Positions 33,244-47,210 of a stretch of 64,000 nucleotides of DNA are shown piece after piece; positions within the stretch are counted from its first letter, which is position 1; every line of letters begins with the position of its first letter. The stretch is from Terriglobia bacterium (GTDB lineage Bacteria > Acidobacteriota > Polarisedimenticolia > Polarisedimenticolales > JAIQFR01). Position numbers and translations under genes: made by a program. The stretch spans positions 480,001 to 544,000 of the forward strand of contig CAVVHE010000004.1 of NCBI GenBank assembly GCA_963748015.1, read 5' to 3'. The notes below the pieces were generated by a model. It had not been told where the DNA came from. It searched no databases and was given only the letters and a program-made list of their open reading frames with translations.

Positions 33244-33785
33244 ATGGCGAGGCTGGCAGAGAAGTACAAGAGCGAGGTCGTCCCGGCGCTCACCAAGGAG
33301 TTCGGGTACAAGAGCGTCATGGCGGTGCCTCGGGTGAAGAAGATCGTCGTGAACATGGGCGTGGGCGAGGCGATCTCGGACGCGAAGCTGCTGGACCAGG
33401 CCGCGGACGAGCTCGCCACGATCACGGGGCAAAAGCCGTCGATCACGCGCGCGCGGAAGTCGATCGCGAACTTCAAGCTGCGGGCCGGGATGGCGATCGG
33501 CTGCCGGGTGACGATGCGCGGCCGGAGGATGTACGAGTTCCTGGACCGGTTGATGAACCTGGCGATGCCCCGGGTACGCGACTTCCGCGGAGCTCCCCCC
33601 GGGCATTCGACGGGCGAGGCAACTACACGCTCGGGATTCGCGACCAGCTCATCTTTCCCGAGATCAACTACGCCAAGGTCCAGAAGGTGAAGGGCATGAA
33701 CGTCTGCGTGGTGACGACGGCGAGGACCGACGAGGAGGCCAAAGCGCTCCTCACCCACCTCGGCATGCCGTTCCGGAAGAACTAG
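33244..33785 (+). CDS. rplE: 50S ribosomal protein L5 (apparent 1-nt deletion near 33593)
   Basis: [17 protein letters not shown], then FDGRGNY...GMPF in the next frame. Confidence 0.96.
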
Positions 33786-33802
33786 GGTCGGAGGACGAGG
33801 AC

Positions 33803-33988
33803 GTGGCGACAACCGCATGGATGGCCAAGACCCGGAAGAAGCCGAAGTTCGCGGCGAGGCAGCACAACCGCTGCCGGCGCTGCGGCCGGTCGCGAGGCTA
33901 CCTCAGGAAGTTCCAGTTGTGCCGGATCTGTTTCAGGAATCTGGCACTGGAAGGGGCGCTGCCCGGCGTCACCAAGTCGAGCTGGTGA
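33803..33988 (+). CDS. rpsN: 30S ribosomal protein S14, type Z (Zn-binding)
   Basis: RCRRCGR...LCRICFR, 61 aa. Confidence 0.98.
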   Translation: MATTAWMAKTRKKPKFAARQHNRCRRCGRSRGYLRKFQLCRICFRNLALEGALPGVTKSSW

Positions 33989-34025
33989 GGAAACTCGCGA
34001 GACGCGGGGACTGGAGGCGAAGACG

Positions 34026-34424
34026 ATGAGTATGACGGACCCCATCGCGGACCTGCTGACCCGGATCCGGAACGGGCAGATGGCGAAGCACAAGAGTGTC
34101 GACGTGCCTTCGTCCAGGATGAAGGTCGCGATCACGAAGATCCTCAAGGACGAGGGTTACATCGACAACTTCAAGGTGGTCGAGGACGAGTGCCAGGGGA
34201 TCCTCAGGGTGAACCTGAAGTACGGCTCGGCCGGCGAGAAGGCCATCACCGGCCTCGAGCGGGTCAGCCGCCCCGGTCGACGCGTGTACTGCGGGAAGGA
34301 TGGAATCCCGCGGGTGCTCGGAGGGATGGGGATCACCATCCTCTCGACCCCGATGGGTGTGCTCACGGGCTCGGCCTGCCGGCGCCTCGGCGTCGGCGGC
34401 GAGATCCTGTGCAACGTGTGGTAG
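34026..34424 (+). CDS. rpsH: 30S ribosomal protein S8
   Basis: [20 protein letters not shown]. Confidence 0.99.
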   Translation: MSMTDPIADLLTRIRNGQMAKHKSVDVPSSRMKVAITKILKDEGYIDNFKVVEDECQGILRVNLKYGSAGEKAITGLERVSRPGRRVYCGKDGIPRVLGGMGITILSTPMGVLTGSACRRLGVGGEILCNVW

Positions 34425-34452
34425 AGCCGGAAGACGGCCGGAGACCCAAGCA

Positions 34453-34992
34453 ATGTCTCGAATCGGCAAGCTTCCTATTCCGCTGGTTCCGGGGGTCAAG
34501 GTGACCATCGGGACCGACCTGGTCACCGTGCAAGGACCCAAGGGGGCCCTCACCCAGGCGCTTCCTCCCGGAATCACCGCGGAGGCGGAAGGCGAGCGCC
34601 TGCTCGTGAAGCGCAAGGACGACTCGAAGCGGATGAGGGCGCTGCACGGGCTGTCCCGCGCGCTCCTCGCCAACGCGGTCAACGGGGTGACCAAGGGTTT
34701 CACGCGCGAGCTCGAGATCCAGGGCGTCGGCTACCGCGCCCAGGTCGCGGGCAAGGCCGTGAACTTCAGTCTCGGATACACCCACCCGATCGATTTCCCG
34801 ATCCCCGAGGGAATCCTGGTCGCCGTGGACCGCCAGACGAAGATCACGGTGAGCGGGGCGGACCGGCAGTTGGTCGGCCAGGTGGCCGCCAAGATCCGGG
34901 CGCTCCGTCCCCCCGACGTCTACAAGGGGAAGGGGATCCGCTACGTGGGCGAGGTGGTCCGAAAGAAGGCCGGAAAGACCGGCGCGAAGTAG
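34453..34992 (+). CDS. rplF: 50S ribosomal protein L6
   Basis: [16 protein letters not shown]. Confidence 0.99.
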   Translation: MSRIGKLPIPLVPGVKVTIGTDLVTVQGPKGALTQALPPGITAEAEGERLLVKRKDDSKRMRALHGLSRALLANAVNGVTKGFTRELEIQGVGYRAQVAGKAVNFSLGYTHPIDFPIPEGILVAVDRQTKITVSGADRQLVGQVAAKIRALRPPDVYKGKGIRYVGEVVRKKAGKTGAK

Positions 34993-35011
34993 CGAGCGAG
35001 GGCACGGCGAG

Positions 35012-35377
35012 ATGGACACGACGATCGACAGAAGGAGCATTCGGCGCCGCATCCGCTACCGGATCCGCAACAAGATCCGGGGGAGCGCTGCGAGGCCGCG
35101 TGTCGCGGTGTTCCGGAGCGACAAGCACATCTACGTGCAGGCGATCGACGACGACGCGGGGAGGACGCTGGCGCAGGCATCCACCGCGGAGCCGGAGCTC
35201 AAGGCGAAGGCGGCGACCGGGAAGACCGCGGCCGCGAAGATCGTGGGAGGCGCGATCGCCGAACGGCTGAAGCAGGCGGGGATCGAGACCGCCGTGTTCG
35301 ACCGGGGCGGCTTCCTGTACCACGGCCGCGTGAAGGCCCTCGCCGAGGCGGCTCGAGAGGCCGGGTTGAAGTTCTGA
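35012..35377 (+). CDS. rplR: 50S ribosomal protein L18
   Basis: [12 protein letters not shown]. Confidence 0.99.
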   Translation: MDTTIDRRSIRRRIRYRIRNKIRGSAARPRVAVFRSDKHIYVQAIDDDAGRTLAQASTAEPELKAKAATGKTAAAKIVGGAIAERLKQAGIETAVFDRGGFLYHGRVKALAEAAREAGLKF

Positions 35378-35454
35378 CGGGTTTTCCCGCGGCGGTGCGG
35401 GGGTCGGACGCGACCTCCATTCCGGCGCCGGGAAGCGTTTTGGAGGCAGTTGTG

Positions 35455-35967
35455 GTGGAGCGCGAACAGGGACCGATGGGCGAGTTGAAGGACCGGGTGG
35501 TCCACATCAACCGCGTGACCAAGGTCGTCAAGGGCGGAAAGAACTTCTCCTTCTCGGCGCTGATCGTCGTCGGAGACGGCAACGGCTGGGTCGGCTTCGC
35601 GTCGGGAAAGGCGAGAGAGGTACCCGCGGCGATCGCGAAGGGGGTCGAGCACGCGAAGCGGCGGCTCGTGAAAATACCCCTCATGGGGACGACCATCCCG
35701 CACACCGTGACCGGGCGCTTCGGGGCCGGCCGGGTCCTCCTCAAGCCCGCTTCCCCCGGAACCGGGGTGATCGCGGGCGGAGCGGTCCGTGCCGTCCTGG
35801 AGTCGGCGGGGGTGCAGGACATCCTGACCAAGTCCCTCGGCACCGCCAACCCGTACAACGTGCTGCGCGCGACCATGGACGGACTCAAGCAGCTCAAGAA
35901 CCCCGAGATGGTCGCCCGGACGCGCGGCAAGGACGCGACCGAGATGATGCAGGAGGCGTTGAGATGA
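35455..35967 (+). CDS. rpsE: 30S ribosomal protein S5
   Basis: [20 protein letters not shown]; exact start uncertain (35452-35476). Confidence 0.97.
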   Translation: MEREQGPMGELKDRVVHINRVTKVVKGGKNFSFSALIVVGDGNGWVGFASGKAREVPAAIAKGVEHAKRRLVKIPLMGTTIPHTVTGRFGAGRVLLKPASPGTGVIAGGAVRAVLESAGVQDILTKSLGTANPYNVLRATMDGLKQLKNPEMVARTRGKDATEMMQEALR

Positions 35968-36191
35968 CGGCGAAGAAGGCGAGCGCCGCCGCCATGCTCG
36001 AGGCGCGGCAGGTCCGCAGCGGGATCTGCTGCAACAAGACCCACAAGGCGACCCTCAGGGCGCTGGGCCTGGGGAGGATCGGCCGTGTCCGGACGCTGCC
36101 CGACAACGACCAGGTTCGCGGCATGATCGCCAAGATCCCGCATCTCGTGGAGATCGTGGGAGAGCGCCCGGCGACCGGCCGGGCGCGCTAG
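35964..36191 (+). CDS. rpmD: 50S ribosomal protein L30
   Basis: [21 protein letters not shown]. Confidence 0.95.
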   Translation: MTAKKASAAAMLEARQVRSGICCNKTHKATLRALGLGRIGRVRTLPDNDQVRGMIAKIPHLVEIVGERPATGRAR

Positions 36192-36211
36192 ACCATCGAG
36201 AGGACGGGACG

Positions 36212-36658
36212 ATGAAGCAGAACGAGCTCAAGCCGGCGGCGGGATCGAGGAAGAGCCGGAAGCGAGTCGGCCGGGGCCCGGGGTCGGGACTCGGCAAGAC
36301 ATCGGGCCGCGGCGAGAAGGGCCAGAAGTCGCGCAGCGGCTACTCCGCGAAGCGGGGATTCGAGGGCGGGCAGATGCCTCTGCACCGGCGGATTCCGAAG
36401 CGGGGCTTCCACAACATCTTCCGCAAGGAATACCTGACGGTCAACGTCGAGAGGTTGAACGAGTTCGAGGCCGGCACCGTGGTCACCCCCGAGTCGCTGC
36501 GCGAGAAGGGGATGCTCCATAAGGGACGTCTCGACGTCAAGGTGCTGGGGAATGGCGATCTCAAGGTCGCGCTGACCGTGCGCGCGCACAAGTTCACCGA
36601 GGCCGCGGCCCGCAAGATCCAGGAAGCCGGCGGCAAGGCCGAAGTCCTGGCGCGGTAG
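36212..36658 (+). CDS. rplO: 50S ribosomal protein L15
   Basis: GFEGGQMPL. Confidence 0.99.
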   Translation: MKQNELKPAAGSRKSRKRVGRGPGSGLGKTSGRGEKGQKSRSGYSAKRGFEGGQMPLHRRIPKRGFHNIFRKEYLTVNVERLNEFEAGTVVTPESLREKGMLHKGRLDVKVLGNGDLKVALTVRAHKFTEAAARKIQEAGGKAEVLAR

Positions 36659-36686
36659 CCGCCGCCCGACGGGGGAACGACCCGAG

Positions 36687-38075
36687 ATGATACAGAGCTT
36701 CAAGAACATCTGGAGCATTCCCGATCTGAGGAAGCGCGTCCTCTACACGTTCGGGCTGCTCGCCGTCTACCGGATCGGCGGCCACATCCCGACGCCGGGG
36801 ATCGACAACCAGGCGCTGATCCGTCTGTTCGAGCGCCAGGCCGGCTCGATCCTGGGCTACGTGGACCTGTTCGCGGGAGGGAACTTCCGCCGGTTCACGA
36901 TCTTCGCGCTCGGGATCATGCCGTACATCACCGCGTCCATCATCCTGCAGCTGCTGACGGTGGTCTGGCCCTACCTCGAGAAGCTCAGCAAGGAAGGGGA
37001 GGCGGGGCGGAAGAAGATCACGCAGTGGACCCGCTACGGGACCGTCCTCCTCTCCGTGATCCAGTCCTTCGGAATCGCCCTCTGGCTCGAGTCGGCCGGC
37101 ACCGGCGGCGAGCGGATCGTGACCAGCCCCGGATTCGGCTTCCGGCTGATGACGGTCCTCACGCTGACCACGGGGACCGCGCTCATCATGTGGCTGGGCG
37201 AGCAGATCTCCGAGCGCGGCATCGGGAACGGGATTTCCCTGATCATCTTCGCCGGTATCGTGGTCGGCTTCCCGAACGCGTTGGTGAGGACCTGGGAGGA
37301 CCTGCGGACCGGGCAGATCGGCCCGCTGGCCATCCTGCTGCTCGTCGCGCTGATGTGCGTCGTCGTCGCGGCCATCGTGCTCGTGGAGCGCGCCCAGCGG
37401 AAGATCCCCATCCAGTACGCACGCAGGATCGTGGGGCGCCGGGTGTACGGCGGCTCCTCGACGTACCTCCCGCTCCGCGTGAACACCGGAGGCGTGATCC
37501 CGGTGATCTTCGCCTCCTCGATGCTCGCGATTCCCCAGACGATCATGCAGATCCAGTGGCTGCGGGACGTGCGGTGGGTGCAGGACCTGCAACGGCAGCT
37601 CGAGTACTCGGCGCCGCTCTACAATCTCCTGTACTTCGCGATGATCATCTTCTTCTGCTTCTTTTACGTGTCCATCATCTTCAATCCGATGGATCAGGCC
37701 GACAACATGAAGAAGTACGGCGGCTTCATCCCCGGGATCCGTCCGGGGCGCAAGACAGCCGAATACATCGACCGCATCCTGACGCGGCTGACGTTCGGGG
37801 GCGCGGTCTACCTGGGCCTCGTGAGCATCCTCCCGGTATTCCTGATCAGCGGCCTGAGGCTGCAGGTCCTGCCCGGGATCGGACCGGCGATGGAGCCCTA
37901 CCTGCCCAAGCTGATCACCCAGGGACTCAACGTGAAGTTCTTCTTCGGTGGGACGTCCCTGCTGATCGTTGTCGGGGTGGCCATGGACACCGTGCAGCAG
38001 ATCGAGTCGCAGCTCATCATGCGCCACTACGAGGGGTTCATGAAGGGCGCCCGCATCCGCGGGCGGCGCGGCTAG
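36687..38075 (+). CDS. secY: Preprotein translocase subunit SecY
   Basis: LGIMPYITASII, GIGNGISL, IPGIRPG. Confidence 0.99.
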   Translation: MIQSFKNIWSIPDLRKRVLYTFGLLAVYRIGGHIPTPGIDNQALIRLFERQAGSILGYVDLFAGGNFRRFTIFALGIMPYITASIILQLLTVVWPYLEKLSKEGEAGRKKITQWTRYGTVLLSVIQSFGIALWLESAGTGGERIVTSPGFGFRLMTVLTLTTGTALIMWLGEQISERGIGNGISLIIFAGIVVGFPNALVRTWEDLRTGQIGPLAILLLVALMCVVVAAIVLVERAQRKIPIQYARRIVGRRVYGGSSTYLPLRVNTGGVIPVIFASSMLAIPQTIMQIQWLRDVRWVQDLQRQLEYSAPLYNLLYFAMIIFFCFFYVSIIFNPMDQADNMKKYGGFIPGIRPGRKTAEYIDRILTRLTFGGAVYLGLVSILPVFLISGLRLQVLPGIGPAMEPYLPKLITQGLNVKFFFGGTSLLIVVGVAMDTVQQIESQLIMRHYEGFMKGARIRGRRG

Positions 38076-38087
38076 GGAGCGGGAACG

Positions 38088-38735
38088 ATGAGAGTGGTCG
38101 TGTTGGGACCGCCCGGGGTCGGCAAGGGGACCCAGGCGACGAGGCTCCGGCAGGAGCTCGGGGTCCCGCACGTGTCCACGGGCGACATCCTCCGCGAGGC
38201 GGTGCAGAAGGGGACGCCGCTGGGCAAGCGGGCCCGCTCGTTCATGGACTCGGGAAAGCTCGTGCCCGACGATCTCATGGGCGAGCTGATCGCCGAGAGG
38301 CTGGCCCAGCCCGACGCGGCGTCCGGCTTCGTTCTCGACGGCTTCCCGCGGACTGCCGAGCAGGTGGGGATCCTCGACGCCGTGCTGGAGAAGATCTCGG
38401 CCGGGATCGACCGTGTCCTGGCCCTCGAAGCGCCCTCGGCGGAGATCGTCCGGAGGCTCTCGGGCCGGAGGATCTGCCCGAAGTGCGGTAGCGTCTACCA
38501 CATCGACAGCCGGCCCCCGGCCTCTCCCGGGGTCTGCGACGGGTGCGGGTCCGCGCTGGTGCAGCGGCCCGACGACGAGGAAGAAGTGATTCGAGAGCGT
38601 CTCAAGGTCTTCGAGGCCCAGACGCTACCGATGATGAAGATCTACCGCGAGCGCGGCCTGCTCAAGGAAGTGAACGCGTCGGGGGACGCCGAGTCGGTGT
38701 TCGCCGCGCTGAGATCGGAGCTCGCCGCGTCGTGA
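38088..38735 (+). CDS. adk: Adenylate kinase (Zn-lid type)
   Basis: GPPGVGKGTQ, LDGFPR, CPKC...CDGC. Confidence 0.98.
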   Translation: MRVVVLGPPGVGKGTQATRLRQELGVPHVSTGDILREAVQKGTPLGKRARSFMDSGKLVPDDLMGELIAERLAQPDAASGFVLDGFPRTAEQVGILDAVLEKISAGIDRVLALEAPSAEIVRRLSGRRICPKCGSVYHIDSRPPASPGVCDGCGSALVQRPDDEEEVIRERLKVFEAQTLPMMKIYRERGLLKEVNASGDAESVFAALRSELAAS

Positions 38736-39517
38736 ATCGCACGATTTTGAAGTCGACGGCCGAGATCGGGATCATGGACCAGGCGAACCGGATCATCCGG
38801 GAGATCCTGGTGGAATTGAGAAATCGGATCCGTCCGGGGGTAACGACGCTGGATATCGACCGGTTCGCGGAGGAGAGGATAGCGGCGGCATCCGGGATAC
38901 CGGCGTTCAAGGGTTACCGCGGGCCGGCCGGCGGGCCGGAGTTTCCGGGGACGGTTTGCGCTTCGGTCAACGACGAGGTGGTTCACGGAATCCCCTCGCC
39001 GGCGGTGGTGCTGAAGGAAGGGGATATCGTCTCGGTGGACCTCGGGGTGCTGTTCGGCGGATACTACGGGGACGCGGCGGAGACCTACCCGGTGGGCGGG
39101 GTTTCCGACGAGGCCCGGAAGCTGCTCGACGTGACGCGCGAGTCGCTCCGCTTGGGCCTCAAGGAAGCCCGGCCCGGAAACCGGGTGTCGGACATAGGGT
39201 ACGCGGTGCAGACCCACGTGGAGGCCCATGGCTTCTCCGTGGTGAAGGAGTTCGTGGGGCACGGGATCGGCTCGAATCTGCACGAGGAGCCGCAGGTGCC
39301 CAACTTCGGACAGCCGGGGCGCGGCGCGCGCCTGCTGCCGGGGATGGTGCTCGCAGTCGAGCCCATGGTGAACGCGGGCGCGCCGGAAGTCGTGGTGAGC
39401 GCTTCGGACGGCTGGACCGCCAGGACCCGTGACGGGAGCCTGTCGGCCCATTTCGAGCTGTCCGTTGCCGTGACGGAGAACGGGCCGATGGTGCTCGGGG
39501 AGCCGATCGGCTCGTAA
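38732..39517 (+). CDS. map: Type I methionine aminopeptidase
   Basis: SVNDEVVHGIP, GHGIG, HEEP, SAHFE. Confidence 0.97.
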   Translation: MNRTILKSTAEIGIMDQANRIIREILVELRNRIRPGVTTLDIDRFAEERIAAASGIPAFKGYRGPAGGPEFPGTVCASVNDEVVHGIPSPAVVLKEGDIVSVDLGVLFGGYYGDAAETYPVGGVSDEARKLLDVTRESLRLGLKEARPGNRVSDIGYAVQTHVEAHGFSVVKEFVGHGIGSNLHEEPQVPNFGQPGRGARLLPGMVLAVEPMVNAGAPEVVVSASDGWTARTRDGSLSAHFELSVAVTENGPMVLGEPIGS

Positions 39518-39607
39518 GGACGGAGAGTTCGAAAGAGATCGGAGGCGGGAGCTGCTGCCGGGCGGCAGCGGACGGAGCCCGTCCTCGGAGAGGTGGAACC
39601 GGTCCCT

Positions 39608-39826
39608 ATGCCCAAGGAAGAGGCGATCCAGGTCGAAGCCACGGTGATCGAGCCGCTGCCCAACGCGATGTTCCGGGTGGAGCTCGAGAACAAGCACCGG
39701 GTGCTGGCGCATATCTCGGGGAAGATGCGAAAGCACTTCATCCGGATCCTGCCCGGCGACCGCGTGCTGGTGGAGCTCTCGCCCTACGATCTGACGCGCG
39801 GGCGCATCGTGTACCGGTACAAGTGA
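39608..39826 (+). CDS. infA: Translation initiation factor IF-1
   Basis: [20 protein letters not shown]. Confidence 0.99.
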   Translation: MPKEEAIQVEATVIEPLPNAMFRVELENKHRVLAHISGKMRKHFIRILPGDRVLVELSPYDLTRGRIVYRYK

Positions 39827-39854
39827 CCGCGGGCGCCCGCGGACGGAGTGGGTC

Positions 39855-39968
39855 ATGAAGGTAAGGGCATCGGTGAAGAAGATTTGCGAGAAGTGCAAGA
39901 TCGTGAAGAGAAAGGGTGTCGTCCGGGTGATCTGCGAGAACCCGAAGCACAAGCAGCGCCAGGGTTGA
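39855..39968 (+). CDS. rpmJ: 50S ribosomal protein L36 (absent from ORF track)
   Basis: Manual translation [37 protein letters not shown]. Confidence 0.98.
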   Translation: MKVRASVKKICEKCKIVKRKGVVRVICENPKHKQRQG

Positions 39969-39998
39969 CCCGGGCGGACGCTTAAGGAGGCTTGAGCC

Positions 39999-40385
39999 GT
40001 GGCACGCATCGCGGGCGTTGACCTCCCCCCGAGCAAGCGGGTGGAGATCGGTCTGACCTACATTTTCGGGATCGGGCGGTCCCGCTCCCTGTCGATCCTC
40101 GAGAAGGCCCAGGTGGACCCGTCGACGAAGGTCAAGGACCTGTCCGAGGACGAGGTCGTCCGGATCCAGCGGGTGATCAACCAGGAGGGGCGCGTCGAGG
40201 GCGACCTCCGGAAGAGCGTCTCGCTGGACATCAAGAGGCTCATCGAGATCGGGTCGTATCGCGGCATGCGCCACCGCCGCAACCTCCCGTGCCGGGGGCA
40301 GAGAACGCATACCAACGCGCGGACCCGTCGCGGACCGCGCCGGGCCATCGCGGGCAAGAAGCGCACGGCGGGCAAGAAGGGTTGA
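39999..40385 (+). CDS. rpsM: 30S ribosomal protein S13
   Basis: [19 protein letters not shown]. Confidence 0.99.
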   Translation: MARIAGVDLPPSKRVEIGLTYIFGIGRSRSLSILEKAQVDPSTKVKDLSEDEVVRIQRVINQEGRVEGDLRKSVSLDIKRLIEIGSYRGMRHRRNLPCRGQRTHTNARTRRGPRRAIAGKKRTAGKKG

Positions 40386-40465
40386 CCGGCAGCATCGACG
40401 GCGCGCCGCGGCAAGCCGCGGGACACGGGTCCCCGGCCCGCGAGGCGCGGTCCTGAGGAAAGAGC

Positions 40466-40867
40466 ATGGCGAAAGCAGCGAAGGCCGCCGGAAAGAAGGG
40501 CGGCAAGAAGGAAAAGAAGAACGTTCCCCACGCGGTGGTGCACGTCCACGCGTCGTTCAACAACACGATCGTGACCGTGACCGATCCGAAGGGAAACGTC
40601 CTGAGCTGGTCCTCGGCGGGAGTCCAGGCGTTCAAGGGCTCGCGCAAGGGGACCCCCTTCGCCGCCCAGACCGCGGCCCAGGCCGCCGGGAACATGGCGA
40701 AGGAGCACGGGGTCCGGACGGTGGACGTCCGGGTCAAGGGGCCGGGCGCCGGGCGTGAGTCGTCCATACGGGCGCTGCAGGCCGCGGGCATCGAGATCAA
40801 GTCCATCAAGGACGTGACGCCGATCCCGCACAACGGATGCCGGGCGCCCAAGCGGCGGCGCGTCTAG
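40466..40867 (+). CDS. rpsK: 30S ribosomal protein S11
   Basis: [18 protein letters not shown]. Confidence 0.99.
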   Translation: MAKAAKAAGKKGGKKEKKNVPHAVVHVHASFNNTIVTVTDPKGNVLSWSSAGVQAFKGSRKGTPFAAQTAAQAAGNMAKEHGVRTVDVRVKGPGAGRESSIRALQAAGIEIKSIKDVTPIPHNGCRAPKRRRV

Positions 40868-40887
40868 CCGGTCGAGGAGGTTTGCAA

Positions 40888-41514
40888 GTGGCGAGGATCA
40901 CCGGTGCGGTCTGCAGGCTCTGTCGGCGGGAAGGGATGAAGCTCTTCCTGAAGGGCGACCGCTGCTTCAAGGAGAAGTGCGCCTTCGAGAGGCGCGGCTA
41001 CGCTCCCGGCCAGCACGGGCGTCGGCGCTCGAAGGTGCAGGGGTACGGCATCCAGCTCCGCGAGAAGCAGAAGGTCAAGAGGATGTACGGGGTGCTCGAG
41101 CGGCAGTTCCGGAACTACTTCGCGAAAGCTTCGCGGAGGAAGGGAATCACCGGCGCCAACCTGCTCCAGATGCTCGAGCTTCGGCTCGACAACGTCGTTT
41201 ACCGCCTGGGGTTCGCGTCGTCGAGATCCATGGCCCGCCAGCTCGTGGCGCACGGTCACATCCTCGTCGACGGCGGGAAGGTGGACATTCCCGCGTGCCT
41301 CGTGGGCGCCGGCTCGGTCGTCTCGCTGAAGGAAGCGAGCCGGAAGAACGAGGCCGTCAAGATCTGTCTGGACACGGCGAAGGGGCGCGGCGTCCCGTCG
41401 TGGCTCGAGCTCGACGCGGACCGCTTCCAGGGAACCGTGAAGCAGTCGCCGTCCAGGGAAGAGATCACGCTGCCGATCCAGGAGCAGCTCATCGTCGAGC
41501 TGTACTCGAAGTAG
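40888..41514 (+). CDS. rpsD: 30S ribosomal protein S4 (Zn-type)
   Basis: CRLCRRE, LELRLDN, IVELYSK. Confidence 0.99.
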   Translation: MARITGAVCRLCRREGMKLFLKGDRCFKEKCAFERRGYAPGQHGRRRSKVQGYGIQLREKQKVKRMYGVLERQFRNYFAKASRRKGITGANLLQMLELRLDNVVYRLGFASSRSMARQLVAHGHILVDGGKVDIPACLVGAGSVVSLKEASRKNEAVKICLDTAKGRGVPSWLELDADRFQGTVKQSPSREEITLPIQEQLIVELYSK

Positions 41515-41556
41515 TCGACGGGGGCGGGCGGGCGACCGTCCCGCGGGAGGATGCGG

Positions 41557-42540
41557 ATGCTCTGGAAGGGGTTTCAGAAGCCGAAGCGGCTCGAGGTCGA
41601 GCGGCAGACGCTCACGGCGACGTTCGGCCGGTTCTCCGCGCAGCCTTTCGAGCGCGGATTCGGGACGACCATCGGAAACGCGATGCGGCGGATCCTGCTG
41701 TCGTCCATCGAGGGAGCCGGCATCACGGCGGTCAAGATCGAGGGGGTCCTGCACGAGTTCTCGTCCATTCCCGGAGTGGTCGAGGACACGACCGACCTGA
41801 TCCTCAACCTCAAGCAGATCCCGTTCCGGATCCACACGGACCACGCCGAGATCCTCACCCTCGCGGCCGAGGGGCCGAAGGTCGTGAAGTCGGGGGACAT
41901 AGCGGCCGGCTCGAACGTCGAGATCCTCGATCCCGACATCCCGATCGCCACGCTCTCCGAGGAGGGGCGGATCTCCATCGAGATGCGCCTGAAGCGCGGG
42001 CGCGGCTACGTCGCGGCCGACCAGAACTTCGACGACGACCTGGGGATCGGGTACATTCCGGTCGATTCGGCGCACTCCCCGGTCCGCAAGGTCAACTACA
42101 TCGTCGAGGACGCCAGGCTCGGCCAGAAGACCGATTACGACAAGCTGACCCTCGAGGTGTGGACCAACGGCGCGGTGACCCCGCAAGACGCGGTGGCCCT
42201 CGCGGCGAAGCTCCTCAAGGACCACATGGCGATCTTCATCAACTTCGAGGAGTCCACCGAGGAGGAGATGGATTTCCAGGTGGGGGACGAGGAGCGGATG
42301 CTCGAGACGCTCAACCGTTCCGTGGACGAGCTGGAGTTGTCGGTCCGCTCGTACAACTGCCTGAAGAACGCCAACATCAAGACGATCGGCGACCTCGTCA
42401 CGAAGAGCGAGGTCGAGATGCTCAAGACGAAGAACTTCGGGCGGAAGTCGCTCAACGAGATCAAGGACATCCTGACCGAGATGAACCTCACCCTCGGCAT
42501 GAACATCGACCTCAAGAAGCTCAGGGCCCGCTCCAGCTAG
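41557..42540 (+). CDS. rpoA: RNA polymerase alpha subunit
   Basis: [21 protein letters not shown]. Confidence 0.99.
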   Translation: MLWKGFQKPKRLEVERQTLTATFGRFSAQPFERGFGTTIGNAMRRILLSSIEGAGITAVKIEGVLHEFSSIPGVVEDTTDLILNLKQIPFRIHTDHAEILTLAAEGPKVVKSGDIAAGSNVEILDPDIPIATLSEEGRISIEMRLKRGRGYVAADQNFDDDLGIGYIPVDSAHSPVRKVNYIVEDARLGQKTDYDKLTLEVWTNGAVTPQDAVALAAKLLKDHMAIFINFEESTEEEMDFQVGDEERMLETLNRSVDELELSVRSYNCLKNANIKTIGDLVTKSEVEMLKTKNFGRKSLNEIKDILTEMNLTLGMNIDLKKLRARSS

Positions 42541-42567
42541 CGGGGGGCGCCCTCCGGAGAACCGAAC

Positions 42568-43203
42568 ATGAAACACCGCGTAGCCGGCCGGAAGCTGGGG
42601 CGCAGGTCGTCCCACCGTCTGGCGTTGCTCCGCAACCTCGCGACGGCCCTGTTCGAGAGGGAGCGGATCAAGACCACGCTCATGAAGTGCAAGGAGCTGA
42701 GGCCCTTCGCCGAGAAGCTCGTGACGACGGCCAAGAAGGAGACGCTCCACGCCCGGAGGCAGGTCCTGCGGCACATCCACGACCGGGACGTCGTGGCGAA
42801 GCTGTTCGAGACGCTCTCCGCCCGTTTCGCCCAGCGTCCCGGCGGGTACACGCGGATCATCAAGCTGGGGCCCCGCCGCGGGGACGCGGCCGAGATGGCG
42901 ATCATCGAGCTGGTCGGCTCCGAAACCCTGACCTCGAGGAAGAAGAAGGACGCCGCGAAGGCGAAGGGCGGCAAGCCGGCCCCGGGAGCCCAGGCGGCGG
43001 AGCCCGCGGAGGGCGCCGAGGCCGAGGGGAAGCCCGCCGAGAAGGGCGCGCGGAAGAAGGCTCCCGCGAAGAAGGCGAAGGAGGCCAAGCCGAAGGCCAA
43101 GAAGGCCTCCGAGAAGAAGGGCAAGGACTCCGGGAAGTCGAAGGACAAGCCGAAGGCCGGGGCCAAGCCCTCGAAGAAGGGCGGGAAGGGCTCGTCGGAG
43201 TGA
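42568..43203 (+). CDS. rplQ: 50S ribosomal protein L17 with long Lys/Ala-rich tail
   Basis: [21 protein letters not shown]. Confidence 0.98.
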   Translation: MKHRVAGRKLGRRSSHRLALLRNLATALFERERIKTTLMKCKELRPFAEKLVTTAKKETLHARRQVLRHIHDRDVVAKLFETLSARFAQRPGGYTRIIKLGPRRGDAAEMAIIELVGSETLTSRKKKDAAKAKGGKPAPGAQAAEPAEGAEAEGKPAEKGARKKAPAKKAKEAKPKAKKASEKKGKDSGKSKDKPKAGAKPSKKGGKGSSE

Positions 43204-43240
43204 CGTCTCGTCCAGCGGACCGCTCAACGAAGCGGAATCG

Positions 43241-43274
43241 AGAAGAGGGAGCCACGCGGCTCCCTCTTTTCTTT
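43241..43274 (+). terminator. Rho-independent terminator closing the ribosomal supercluster
   Basis: AAGAGGGAGCC-acgc-GGCTCCCTCTT followed by TTCTTT. Confidence 0.85.
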
Positions 43275-43289
43275 GCTAGAGTTCGCAGC

Positions 43290-43443
43290 GGGCACGCCGC
43301 GGCAGGGCATTACCTCGCCGGGCGCGCTCGCCGGTGCGCGATTTTTCGCGCCGGCTCGCTCCGGTGAATTCGCGCGCGCTCCGAGGAAGAGCGCGCGCGA
43401 ATTCACAGGACCCGGCGAGGTAATGCCCTGCCACGGCGCGCCC
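43290..43443. repeat. Nested palindromic element (33-bp outer stem, perfect 18-bp inner hairpin, small side hairpin)
   Basis: 43290-43322 pairs with 43411-43443 (2 mismatches); 43364-43381 pairs perfectly with 43389-43406. Confidence 0.9.
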
Positions 43444-43471
43444 TGAGGTCGTCGCGGCGCCGGGAGGATTT

Positions 43472-46702
<3,231 letters not shown>

Positions 46703-46724
46703 AGCCGCGCCTCTCCCGCCCCCG

Positions 46725-47210
46725 TCAGCGGGGGAGGGCCAGGATTCTCGACAGCAGATCGCGGGTCGCGTGGTCCTTGGGGTCGCCGACGATCGCCACG
46801 CGGATACCGAGCTCGCGCGCGATCTCGCGCTCCGGGACCGTCTCGCGGGTGTAATCGGTCCCCTTGCAGTGCACGTCGGGGCAGAGCGCGCGCATCACCC
46901 CCTCGACGCTCGGCTCGTCGAAGACCGTGACGAAGTCCACGCACCCGAACCCCGCGACCAGCTCGGCGCGCTCGAGCTCCGTCACGATCGGCCGCGCCGG
47001 TCCCTTGAGGCCGCGGGCCGACGCGTCCGAGTTGACGGCGACCACCAGGAGGTCCGCCTCGGCCCGGGCGCCCTCGAGATAACGAAGGTGTCCCACGTGG
47101 AGCAGGTCGAAGAGGCCGTTGGCGAGGGCGACCGTGCGCCCGGAGGCGCGCAGCGGCGCGAGCGACTCGATCAGGCGGGGCAGCGAAAGGACCTTCGACG
47201 CGGCGCTCAC
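46725..47210 (-). CDS. rfaE2: D-glycero-beta-D-manno-heptose 1-phosphate adenylyltransferase (HldC/RfaE2-like)
   Basis: ANGLFDLLHVGH, VNSDAS, KGTDY; GTG start overlaps the upstream stop. Confidence 0.85.
   Translation of the reverse strand: MSAASKVLSLPRLIESLAPLRASGRTVALANGLFDLLHVGHLRYLEGARAEADLLVVAVNSDASARGLKGPARPIVTELERAELVAGFGCVDFVTVFDEPSVEGVMRALCPDVHCKGTDYTRETVPEREIARELGIRVAIVGDPKDHATRDLLSRILALPR

Noticed and set aside
38732..39517. map as a horizontally acquired gene (some ATA/GTA/TTG codons)
   Set aside because: It occupies the canonical adk-map-infA position with an overlapping start, and the signal is too weak to judge by eye
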